DNA from: Thermoplasmata archaeon
GTDB taxonomy: Archaea > Thermoplasmatota > Thermoplasmata > Lutacidiplasmatales > UBA184
Assembly: GCA_035622275.1 (NCBI GenBank)
Contig: DASPVQ010000020.1
Location: forward strand, 86,067 to 150,066
Direction: 5' to 3'
Length of the DNA stretch: 64,000 nt
Both the position numbers and the translations under genes were made by a program. Under the pieces are notes generated by a model. The model did not search any database. It had not been told where the DNA came from and saw only the letters and a program-made list of their open reading frames with translations. Positions 46,172 through 54,558 of this stretch are shown piece by piece. Positions within the stretch are counted from its first letter, which is position 1. Each line of letters starts with the position of its first letter.

Positions 46172-46178
46172 ATAAAAA
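46172..46178 (+). promoter_or_regulatory. Candidate TATA box (ATAAAAA) for the radical SAM gene, with SD GGAGGT at 46221-46226
   Basis: It is an AT-rich box about 55 bp upstream of ATG 46230. A Shine-Dalgarno sequence lies 4-9 nt before the ATG. Confidence 0.35.
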
Positions 46179-46229
46179 GGGGGCATTCGTGCTCGCTGCG
46201 ATTCTGACCGTCCAGGTCGGGGAGGTTCC

Positions 46230-47822
46230 ATGCCCGAGGTCGTGATCACGTGCGACTGGACGATGATGAGCAACCACCACGGCAAGGAGTTCCTCGGCTT
46301 CGGGACCACGACCCCGGCCTACCTCCTGCCCGAGTCGGTTTACGCCCGGATGTTCTACCCTCCGATGCCCGTCGACGAGCACGGCTTCCCGCGGCAGGCG
46401 CCGTACGGGATGCGGAAGATCGAGGCGGCCCTGATGGACGGTGGCTTCGATGCCCGCATCGTGCACCCGGGCCACCTCGACAAGTACATGCCGGGGGAGG
46501 CGAAGGTCCTCCTGATCTCAGGCCACGACTACTTCGGCCTCAACCCGCCGAGCTCTACGTTCGGCGGCGTGATGAAGAAGGAGCCGCTGAACTGCGTCAA
46601 TTTCAAGCGGATGCTGACCCAGCCCGCGGTCGTCGAGGCGCGCAAGCAGGGTCTCAAGATCATCGCGGGCGGACCGTGCGCCTGGCAGCTTTCGCCCGCC
46701 ACCCGGATGAAGCTGCCGTGGATCCAGGAGTTCCTCGACTCGTTCGGCGGGGTCGACGCGGTCGTCGAGGGCGAGAGCGACATCTTCGTCAAGGAGATCG
46801 TCGCGAAGGCACTGCGCGACGAGTTCCTGCCGCCGCACGTCGTCCTCAGCGCGAAGGAGGCGCCCAAGGTCGAGCAGATCTCCTCGATCCGCTTCCCGAG
46901 CGTCAACGGGCTCATCGAGATCGGCCGGGGCTGCTGCCGCGGCTGCTCGTTCTGCTCCGTCACGACGCGACCGACGCGCTGGTACCCCCTCGAGAAGATC
47001 GAGGAGGAGCTGAGGGTCAACGCCCGGCTCGGGATCCGCAAGGGCCTGCTGCACTCGGACGACGTCTACTTCTACGGCAGCCCGAACGTAATGCCGCACG
47101 AGGACAAGCTGATCCCCCTGCTCCGGCTCGCCAAGCGCTACTACGAGCAGGTCGGCTGGAGCCACGTCGCGGTCGCCTCCCTCATGACGAAGCCCAAGCT
47201 CCTGTCGAGGTGCGCCGAGGTCCTCGTCGACGACAAGCAGACCTGGTGGGGGGTCGAGGTCGGCGTCGAGACCGGCTCGCCGCGGATGATCACCGCCGCG
47301 ATGCCGGGCAAGGTCGCGCCGTTCAAGGCGTCGCAGTGGCCCGAGCTCGTCGTCCAGGCGGCGGGACTGATGAACGACAACCACGTCTATCCCGCCTGCA
47401 CGTTCATCGTCGGCCTGCCGCAGGAGACGGAGGACGACGTCGCGCGGACGATCGACCTGATCGACGACCTGTGGGACTTCAAGGCGATCCTCGTTCCGAT
47501 GTTCTTCGTGCCGCTCGGGCACCTCAAGTCCCGCGACTGGTTCCGCCGGGACCGTCTCTCGCCGCTCCAGGAGGAGCTGTTGAAGCGCGCCCTCACGCAC
47601 GGGCTGCGGCAGTCGCGCGGGCTGCTCAACGACTTCTTCGACTGGGAAGGCAACCACACGCGGCTCTACCGCGCGTCCTTCCGCCTGTTCATCAACTTCC
47701 TCGAGGGGATCACGAAGATGCACGGGCTCTACAGCCCGTCGCCGAAGCAGGGCCGCGACATCGTCGACCCGAACCGGTACCCGGATCGCCTCCCGGTCCC
47801 GACGATCCCGGTGCGCGAGTAG
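46230..47822 (+). CDS. B12-binding-domain radical SAM protein
   Basis: The radical SAM cluster motif is GRGCCRGCSFC (CxxxCxxC). An N-terminal Rossmann-like B12-binding-type domain is present. It is 530 aa. Confidence 0.8.
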   Translation: MPEVVITCDWTMMSNHHGKEFLGFGTTTPAYLLPESVYARMFYPPMPVDEHGFPRQAPYGMRKIEAALMDGGFDARIVHPGHLDKYMPGEAKVLLISGHDYFGLNPPSSTFGGVMKKEPLNCVNFKRMLTQPAVVEARKQGLKIIAGGPCAWQLSPATRMKLPWIQEFLDSFGGVDAVVEGESDIFVKEIVAKALRDEFLPPHVVLSAKEAPKVEQISSIRFPSVNGLIEIGRGCCRGCSFCSVTTRPTRWYPLEKIEEELRVNARLGIRKGLLHSDDVYFYGSPNVMPHEDKLIPLLRLAKRYYEQVGWSHVAVASLMTKPKLLSRCAEVLVDDKQTWWGVEVGVETGSPRMITAAMPGKVAPFKASQWPELVVQAAGLMNDNHVYPACTFIVGLPQETEDDVARTIDLIDDLWDFKAILVPMFFVPLGHLKSRDWFRRDRLSPLQEELLKRALTHGLRQSRGLLNDFFDWEGNHTRLYRASFRLFINFLEGITKMHGLYSPSPKQGRDIVDPNRYPDRLPVPTIPVRE

Positions 47823-47825
47823 TCG

Positions 47826-48362
47826 CTACGCCTCGTCCTCCGGGAACGCCGCCTCCTTCGCGGAGGACGGCGGGCCGGGCGGGCGCGGCCGTTGCCGATA
47901 GACGCTCGGCTCGGGCACGGGCGCTCCTCCGCGCGTCTCCACCACCGAAAGATGCGTTTCCTGGCCGTTGCCGTCGTAGGCGCGCCAGGCGCCGAGGGAG
48001 TACGGGGCGCCGAGGATCAGATGGCGCTGGCCCCAGCTGCGGAAGAGCCGCAGGTCGGCGTCCGAGGGGTGGAGCGCGCCGGACGGATGGGAGTGCACGG
48101 TCCCGGCGACCGACAGGTCCGCGTGCAGCATCCAGAGCTGGAAGTTCGCGTGCCGACGCCCGGCGACGGTGCCGGGCAGCAGCAGCAGCTCGCTGATCAC
48201 CCCCGGCGGGTCGGCGCGTAGCACCCCCCCGAACTCGTTCGGGTAGGCCGAGCGCGCGCTCGCGAGCGCGCTATCGAGCGCCGCGCGGGTGATGGTGGTG
48301 GGCGTGTCGCCGAGGCGCGCGCCGCCCTCCGGCCGCCTACGGTGGGGGCGGAAGATCGGCAA
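47826..48362 (-). CDS. JAMM/MPN-domain metalloprotease
   Basis: The JAMM motif EFGG...HSHPSGALHPSDAD (E-x-HxH-x7-S-x2-D) is present. The start is uncertain. Confidence 0.65.
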   Translation of the reverse strand: MPIFRPHRRRPEGGARLGDTPTTITRAALDSALASARSAYPNEFGGVLRADPPGVISELLLLPGTVAGRRHANFQLWMLHADLSVAGTVHSHPSGALHPSDADLRLFRSWGQRHLILGAPYSLGAWRAYDGNGQETHLSVVETRGGAPVPEPSVYRQRPRPPGPPSSAKEAAFPEDEA

Positions 48363-49215
48363 GGGCCGGGCCCTCCTCGGCGAACTCCTCGGACCAGGGA
48401 AGGATCCGCTTGCCCTGGAGCCGGTGGAAGAACTGCGAGCCGAATCGCACCAGAACCGCGCGCCGGGGGGAGCGGTAGATCGTCACCGGCTGCGTCGGGG
48501 TGACCGGGAACTCATCGTCGCCGTCGGCGACGACGATCGCCCCCGGGCCCTCCTCGACCGGCCGCAGTCGCACCGAACGTAACGGCTCGAGCACGACCGC
48601 GCGCGGGTCGGTGCGGAACGGGGCGATCGCGATCAACAGGATGGCGTCGACCGCGCTGTCGACGATCGGCCCGCGCGAGCTCAGCGCGTAGCCGGTAGAG
48701 CCGGTCGGGCTCGCCACGATCAGCCCGTCGGCCCGCAGCCGCCCGGCGACGTGGCCGTCGAACGCGAGCTCGAACCACCCCATCTTCGCGACCGCCGCCG
48801 AGTGCACGACGAACTCGTTGGTGGCGTCCGGTAGCATCTTCGTGCCGATCTGGGCCGCGAGCTTCATGCGCTCCTCCAGGAAGTACAGGCCCCGGAGCAG
48901 CCGCTCGACGGCAAAGTCGATCTCCTTCGGGCGGCGGGCCTCGACCTCGGCGAGGACTCCGACCGTTCCGGCGTTGATCGGCAGCAGCGGCACCTCGGTG
49001 CGCCGCAGCGCGTGCAGGAACGTCCCGTCGCCACCGATCGCGACGACGACGTCCGCCCCGAGGCGCGAGAGCGGGGCGTGCGGCCGGCGCGGCGCGACCG
49101 CCGGGATCTCGTCGCTGAGCACGAGCTCCGCCCGGTCTCCGACGAGCTCGACCACCCGCTCGGCCAGGGCGAGGGCGTGCGGTTTCTCCGGATGCGCCGT
49201 GAGGCCGATCCTCAC
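48337..49215 (-). CDS. nadK: NAD kinase
   Basis: The motif GGDGTFL is present, along with NAGTVGVL and the C-terminus TGSTGYALS. The GTG start at 49215 overlaps the stop of the upstream IMPase-family gene (GTGA). Confidence 0.8.
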   Translation of the reverse strand: MRIGLTAHPEKPHALALAERVVELVGDRAELVLSDEIPAVAPRRPHAPLSRLGADVVVAIGGDGTFLHALRRTEVPLLPINAGTVGVLAEVEARRPKEIDFAVERLLRGLYFLEERMKLAAQIGTKMLPDATNEFVVHSAAVAKMGWFELAFDGHVAGRLRADGLIVASPTGSTGYALSSRGPIVDSAVDAILLIAIAPFRTDPRAVVLEPLRSVRLRPVEEGPGAIVVADGDDEFPVTPTQPVTIYRSPRRAVLVRFGSQFFHRLQGKRILPWSEEFAEEGPALADLPPPP

Positions 49216-50087
49216 AGGTAGTTCGCCTCCAGCGTCCTTCGGAAGGCGGGGTCGCCCCAGGCCAGCACGCTCGTGCGGCGCTCCAGGCCGAGCGGGAACG
49301 GCTCGAGGCTGTGCCCGGTCGCGTCCGCGATCCCCCCGCCGGCCTCCAACAGGATGCGGTAGGCCGCGGCGAGGTCGGTCGCGCGCAGGTTGCGCTCCTC
49401 CGTTCGGTTCTCGAAGAAGTAGCCGTCGGCGCTGCCCTGCGCCACCATGAGGATCTCCTGCGAAGCGCAGCCGAGCGACCGCACCCGCCGTGCCTTGCCG
49501 GCGAGCCGGAGCGATCGCTCGGTCGCGTTGGAGCCGAGATTGAGGAAGACGGTCTCGGTCCGGGCGTCCCAGGCGCGCACGCGGATCGGACGGCCATCGC
49601 GGAACGCGCCGGTCCCTTCGGCCGCCCACCAGGTCGTCCCGTGGTGAAGATCCCGGACGAGGCCGGCCTCGATCCCGGCCAGGTGGTCGTGGCCGAGGGC
49701 GAGGCAGACGGCGTAGAACGGACGGTTGCGCAACGCGTTGTGGGTGCCGTCGATCGGGTCGACGACGAGCGTCCGCGCGCCGCCCCGCTCCACGCGCCCT
49801 ATCTCCTCGGACAGCAGGTTCCAGTCGACCCCCTCGGCGTCGAGGACGCGAAGGATCTCCGTCTCGGCCAGGTGGTCGAGCTCTTCGGTCGGGGTGCCCG
49901 AGGCGCCGATCGCGACGACGTCGGCCCGGTGCGGAGAGCTCTGGGCGTCCCGGACGATCTCGTGCACCCGGACGCTCGCCCGGTAGAGGACCTCGAGGTC
50001 GCGGGGGTCGCGCCCGGCCACGCGGCCGGGACGTGGGTCGCGGTTATGACGCCTTCTCGGCGGGCGGATTACGTTATGTCGCCCCAC
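49212..50087 (-). CDS. Inositol-monophosphatase/FBPase-family phosphatase (candidate NADP phosphatase)
   Basis: The metal-binding motifs VVDPIDGT and WDxxA-like WDARTE are present. It is about 290 aa. The true start may be a few codons downstream of the listed GTG. Confidence 0.7.
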   Translation of the reverse strand: MGRHNVIRPPRRRHNRDPRPGRVAGRDPRDLEVLYRASVRVHEIVRDAQSSPHRADVVAIGASGTPTEELDHLAETEILRVLDAEGVDWNLLSEEIGRVERGGARTLVVDPIDGTHNALRNRPFYAVCLALGHDHLAGIEAGLVRDLHHGTTWWAAEGTGAFRDGRPIRVRAWDARTETVFLNLGSNATERSLRLAGKARRVRSLGCASQEILMVAQGSADGYFFENRTEERNLRATDLAAAYRILLEAGGGIADATGHSLEPFPLGLERRTSVLAWGDPAFRRTLEANYL

Positions 50088-50101
50088 CGTACGCGGACGC
50101 G

Positions 50102-51334
50102 ATGGACCTCCAGTTCCTCGGAGGGGCCTCCGAGATCGGCTCCCTCGGCCTGGTCGTGCGCGATCAGGGCCGAACCCTGCTGTTCGACTACGGCATGACG
50201 CCGACCGACCCGCCGTCGTACCCGCGGCCGGCGCCGACGAGCGTCGACGTGGCGTTCCTGTCGCACGCGCACCTCGACCACTCCGGCATGACTCCGGTGC
50301 TCAGCCGGCTGCCGCGCGCGCGGATCGTGGCGACCCCGGTCACGATCGCCGTCGCGGACCTCCTCACCCGGGACGCGCTGAAGGTCGCCCGGCTCGAGGG
50401 GTACCTCGCCCCGTACACCCCGCAGGACATCCACGCGCTGCACGGCCGCTTCACGGCGGTCGACCGGCGGGGAACCTTCCGCCACCACGGCATCGAGGTA
50501 GAGCTCACACCGGCCGGGCACATCCCCGGCGCCTCGATGATGCTCTACCGGGGTGCGAAGGACGTGCTCTTCACGGGCGACCTTCAGACGATCCCCACGC
50601 ACCTCGTGGGCGGGGCCGAGCCGGTGGAATGCGACATCCTGGTGATGGAGTCGACCTACGCCGGTCGCGAGCACCCGGACCGGAAGGAGACCGAGCGCCG
50701 CTTCCGCGACCAGGTCGCCGAGACGGTTGAGCGCGGCGGCAAGGTGATCGTCCCGGCCTTCGCCGTGGGGCGCGCGCAGGAGGTGCTGATGGCGCTCGCA
50801 TCGTCCGGCTTCGAGACGTACCTCGATGGCATGGCGCGGGCGGTCAACGAGATCTACCTCAGCGCGCCGGAGTACCTCGCCGACGCCCGGCGCTTCCGTC
50901 GCGCGCTGGAGGGGGTCCACGTCGTCGAGCACCCGGGCGAGCGTCGCAAGGCGCTACGCGAGGCCGACGTGATCGTGACGACCGGCGGAATGCTCGACGG
51001 CGGTCCGGTGCTCTACTATGTCGGCGAGCTGTACCGCGATGCGAACAGCTCGATCTTCCTGACCGGCTTCCAGGTCGAAGGCTCGAACGGTCGCCAACTG
51101 CTCGACGAGGGGACCCTCACGATCGATGACACGACGATCCACCCCGCGTGCCAGGTCGAGAAGTTCGACTTCTCGGCCCACGCCGGCCACTCCGATCTCG
51201 TGCGGCTCGCGCGGGAGAGCCGGGCCCACACCGTCGTCCTGATGCACGGGGACCACCGCGAGGCGCTGCGCGACGCCCTTCCGAGCTCTGTCAACGTCCT
51301 CCTGCCCGAGAACGGGAAGTCGTTCTCGCTCTGA
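50102..51334 (+). CDS. Beta-CASP family MBL-fold ribonuclease (aCPSF/RNase J-like)
   Basis: Motif HxHxDH is VAFLSHAHLDHSG. The beta-CASP motifs are in the C-terminal half (MESTYAGREH, HAGHSDL). Confidence 0.75.
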   Translation: MDLQFLGGASEIGSLGLVVRDQGRTLLFDYGMTPTDPPSYPRPAPTSVDVAFLSHAHLDHSGMTPVLSRLPRARIVATPVTIAVADLLTRDALKVARLEGYLAPYTPQDIHALHGRFTAVDRRGTFRHHGIEVELTPAGHIPGASMMLYRGAKDVLFTGDLQTIPTHLVGGAEPVECDILVMESTYAGREHPDRKETERRFRDQVAETVERGGKVIVPAFAVGRAQEVLMALASSGFETYLDGMARAVNEIYLSAPEYLADARRFRRALEGVHVVEHPGERRKALREADVIVTTGGMLDGGPVLYYVGELYRDANSSIFLTGFQVEGSNGRQLLDEGTLTIDDTTIHPACQVEKFDFSAHAGHSDLVRLARESRAHTVVLMHGDHREALRDALPSSVNVLLPENGKSFSL

Positions 51335-51349
51335 GCGCCGGGGCGCCCG

Positions 51350-51871
51350 CTACGCCGCCCGTGACGCGACGCGGACGCGGTGCGCCGCCGCGACGCGTCC
51401 CCCGCGGCCCGCGCGAAACAGCGCTGCCGCTCCCCCCGCGGCGACCGCCGCGGTGCCGAGGAGGCCCCAGGGGCTGACCACGACCCCCGTGCCGGCGGCG
51501 AGCCCGACCGACGCCAGCGCCCAGCTGAACGACCAGAGGAAGAGGACCGCGGCCACCAGGAGGTAGACGAGCGAATCGTCGTGGCGCGCGACCTCCCTCC
51601 GCGCCGGAGCAGCGCCGAGGCGGCGGCCCTCCGCGCGCCCCGCGAGGTAGACCAGGACAGCGCCCGCCGTCATCAGGCAGACCGCCGCGAGGAGCCAGCC
51701 GAGGTCGAAGGCGAGACCGACGAACTGGAGCGTAACGGGGGGGCCGAGATTCCCAGCGGTGGACGAACCGCTCGAGACCACCGTGACGTAGACCGATCGG
51801 ACGGCCGCGGCCAGTCCCGCCGTGACGAGCCCGCTCCCGCCCGCCAGTCGGAGCGCCACCGACCCGCCCAT
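51350..51871 (-). CDS. Hypothetical membrane protein
   Basis: It is 173 aa with about four hydrophobic helices. High-GC codon bias makes spurious ORFs common here. Confidence 0.3.
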   Translation of the reverse strand: MGGSVALRLAGGSGLVTAGLAAAVRSVYVTVVSSGSSTAGNLGPPVTLQFVGLAFDLGWLLAAVCLMTAGAVLVYLAGRAEGRRLGAAPARREVARHDDSLVYLLVAAVLFLWSFSWALASVGLAAGTGVVVSPWGLLGTAAVAAGGAAALFRAGRGGRVAAAHRVRVASRAA

Positions 51872-51955
51872 CGCACTTCGCTATGGCCCTGCCCGAGTTT
51901 AGCTTCTTCCGCGCCGGCGGAACGCCCGCCCTCCACTCCTGCGGTGGGCGGGCGT

Positions 51956-53065
51956 CTACCGGCGCTTACGAGGACTCCGGCGGGCGGGCGGTGCGTCGGC
52001 GCCATCCGCACGGTCGGCGCCGCGGGAGACCCCCGAATTGTCGATCGCCTCGGGAGTCTCCACGAGCTCCTCCTGCACCGGCGGCAACTCCCCCCTCGGC
52101 CGCAGCTGCGGACGCAGTGTAGCCCAGAGGGCGTCGATGCCCGCGCCAGTTACGGCCGAGACCCGGAGCCGACCGGTCTCCTGCGTCGCGAGGTCGGACT
52201 TGGTCTCGACCGCGATGATCGGGGTCCTGGGAAGCTCTTCCCGCCACCGCTCGAGCAACGCCTCCTGCTCGGCGACGCTGTAGCCCGAGCGGCCGGTCGG
52301 ATCGATCACGAACAGCACGACCGTGGCGGCGCGGTGGACCGCGGTCGAGGCCTCGCGCTCGGCCGGATTCGCCCGATCCGTGCGCCCCAGCACCCCCGGC
52401 GTGTCGAGCACCTGGAGTCGGTCGAAGCCCAGGTCCGCGTGACCGACCGCGATCGACAGTGTCGTGAAGGGGTAGTCCGCGATCTTCGGACGGGCGCTCG
52501 AGAGCCGCGCGACCAGCGAGGACTTGCCGACGTTCGGGAAGCCGGCCACCACGAGCGTGGGCGCGCCGGGCTCGAGCTGGGGACGACGGCGCAGGAACGC
52601 GGTGATCTCCCTCGCCCGGGCAAGATCCGGGTCGACCTCGCGGACGAAGCTCGAGACGCGGCCGTAGAAGGCGCGGACACGCTCCCCGAGCTCCTCGGGT
52701 CCGGAGGCCCGGGCGATCCCGCGCTCGGCCTCGCGGGCGAGCCCGCGGATCCGTTCCTCGGCGCGCCGAAGGCGCGTGACCGATCGCGCCAGCACCCCCC
52801 GTCCGAGCGTCTCGTCGACCAGCGTCTGCTCGAACTCGGTCAGCCGGGGGGGCGACAGCCGCCGGGTCTCCAGGCGCAGGTGCCGTACGATGGTCGCGGC
52901 GCTGCGGACGATCTTCAGCCGCGCACGGAGCCGGTCCCGCGCCGCCTTGGTCTCCCCGTGGGGGGTGGCGAGCGAGGCGCGATGGAAGGCGGTGTCGAGG
53001 ATCCCGACCGACGCGGGCGCTCGCGCGGGCGCTCGGCGCGCCGGACGAACACGGCTGGTACCCAT
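51956..53065 (-). CDS. NOG1-family GTPase (Obg-like)
   Basis: G1 is GFPNVGKSSLV. G3 is DTPGV. The NOG1-type N-terminal helical domain is present. Confidence 0.75.
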   Translation of the reverse strand: MGTSRVRPARRAPARAPASVGILDTAFHRASLATPHGETKAARDRLRARLKIVRSAATIVRHLRLETRRLSPPRLTEFEQTLVDETLGRGVLARSVTRLRRAEERIRGLAREAERGIARASGPEELGERVRAFYGRVSSFVREVDPDLARAREITAFLRRRPQLEPGAPTLVVAGFPNVGKSSLVARLSSARPKIADYPFTTLSIAVGHADLGFDRLQVLDTPGVLGRTDRANPAEREASTAVHRAATVVLFVIDPTGRSGYSVAEQEALLERWREELPRTPIIAVETKSDLATQETGRLRVSAVTGAGIDALWATLRPQLRPRGELPPVQEELVETPEAIDNSGVSRGADRADGADAPPARRSPRKRR

Positions 53066-53178
53066 GGTCCGCCCGCCTCGGTCGGGCACGCGGTAGCGGC
53101 GATTACCTTTGTCCCACGGCCGCGAGAGTCCGAAGCGATTTATGGCACGGCCGACTCGGCCGACCTCCGGGGAGAGGC

Positions 53179-54558
53179 GTGCCTCGCTGGATCCGCGACG
53201 AGCCCGGCGAGGAGGCGGCCCTCCTGTCGGCGCTCGGGATCTCGTCCGTCGACGAGCTCTTCGCCGATGTGCCCAAGAAGGCGCGCGTCGGACGGCTCGG
53301 CGTCGGTCCAGGGCACGAGGAGCGCGAGGTCGTTCGCGAGATCGACCGCCTGCTCGATCGCAACAAGCCGCTCGCTAAGTTCGCGAGCTTTCTCGGAGGC
53401 CGGATCGCCCCGCGATACTCGCCGGCCGCGGTCGACGCGATCGTCTCGCGCAGTGAGTTCTACACGTCCTACACGCCCTACCAGCCTGAGGCCAGCCAGG
53501 GGATGCTCCGGGCCCTCTTCGAGTTCCAGAGCCTCTGGGTCGAGCTGACCGGGCTCGACGTCGCCAACGCGTCGCTCTACGACGGTGCCACGGCGGAGGG
53601 CGAGGCGCTCCTGCTCTGCCGCCGGGCGCACGAGGGACGCCGGTTCCTCGTCCCCGCGAGCCTTCCCTGGGAGGAGAAGAGCGTCCTCGCCAACTACGCG
53701 AGCGGCCCGAACCTCTCGCTGGAGGAGGTCCCGTTCGACGGTCGGACCGGCCGCATCGACCTCGACGCCGTGCGACGGGCGGTCGCGGGCGGGGAAGTCT
53801 TCGGCATGCTGGCGGACGTGCCGAACGGCTTCGGCCACTTGGACGAAGGGATCGCGGACCTGAAGGCGATCCTGGGGTCGATCCCGCTCGTCGTCGCCGC
53901 GGATCCCCTCTCGCTCAGCGTACTCGAGCCGCCCGGCCGCTACGGCGCGGACGTGGTCGTCGGCGAAGGCCAGGGCTTCGGGATCCCGCCATCGTTCGGC
54001 GGCCCGCTCCTCGGGCTGTTCGCCTGCCGCCGAGAGCTCGTGCGGCTCGCGCCCGGCCGGATTGTCGGCGCGACCCGGGACGTCGCGGGCCGGCCGGCCT
54101 TCGCTCTCACGCTACAGACTCGGGAGCAGCACATCCGGCGCTCTCGGGCCACCTCGAACATCTGCACGAACCAGTCGCTGATGGCGCTCGCGTTCGTCGT
54201 CTACGCCACGGTGGTCGGCCCGCGAGGGCTTGCCGCCCTCCAGGCCTCGCTCGCCGAGAAGGCACGGACCCTTTCGAGCGGCCTCGCCGGGGTGGACGGA
54301 ATCCAGTCGCCCCGGTTCGACGCGCCGTACCTCGGCGAGTTCTCGATCGAGCTCGCCCACGTCGACGCCGCCGAGTTCCTCGAGCGCCTGCGACGCAAGA
54401 AGATCCTGGGGGGGCACTCCCTCGCCGACCCCCGCCCGGGTGCGAGCCCGAGCCCGGCGCGGGTGCTCGTCGGGGTCTCGGAGGCCGTGGGCGATCGCGA
54501 GATCCAGAAGTACGTCCGCTCCGCGCGCAGCGCGGCGACGGCGCGGCAGGGGCCATGA
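53179..54558 (+). CDS. gcvPA: Glycine dehydrogenase (decarboxylating) subunit 1
   Basis: The N-terminus and the conserved block SRSEFYTSYTPYQPEASQG are present. It is 459 aa. Confidence 0.9.
   Translation: MPRWIRDEPGEEAALLSALGISSVDELFADVPKKARVGRLGVGPGHEEREVVREIDRLLDRNKPLAKFASFLGGRIAPRYSPAAVDAIVSRSEFYTSYTPYQPEASQGMLRALFEFQSLWVELTGLDVANASLYDGATAEGEALLLCRRAHEGRRFLVPASLPWEEKSVLANYASGPNLSLEEVPFDGRTGRIDLDAVRRAVAGGEVFGMLADVPNGFGHLDEGIADLKAILGSIPLVVAADPLSLSVLEPPGRYGADVVVGEGQGFGIPPSFGGPLLGLFACRRELVRLAPGRIVGATRDVAGRPAFALTLQTREQHIRRSRATSNICTNQSLMALAFVVYATVVGPRGLAALQASLAEKARTLSSGLAGVDGIQSPRFDAPYLGEFSIELAHVDAAEFLERLRRKKILGGHSLADPRPGASPSPARVLVGVSEAVGDREIQKYVRSARSAATARQGP

Noticed and set aside
46250-48196. 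648-aa + ORF overlapping the radical SAM gene out of frame
   Set aside because: This Arg-rich shadow frame extends across the JAMM gene on the opposite strand. The radical SAM frame carries the CxxxCxxC motif.
51380-53548. 722-aa + ORF
   Set aside because: It is antisense to the NOG1 GTPase and the small membrane ORF. It has no conserved motif.
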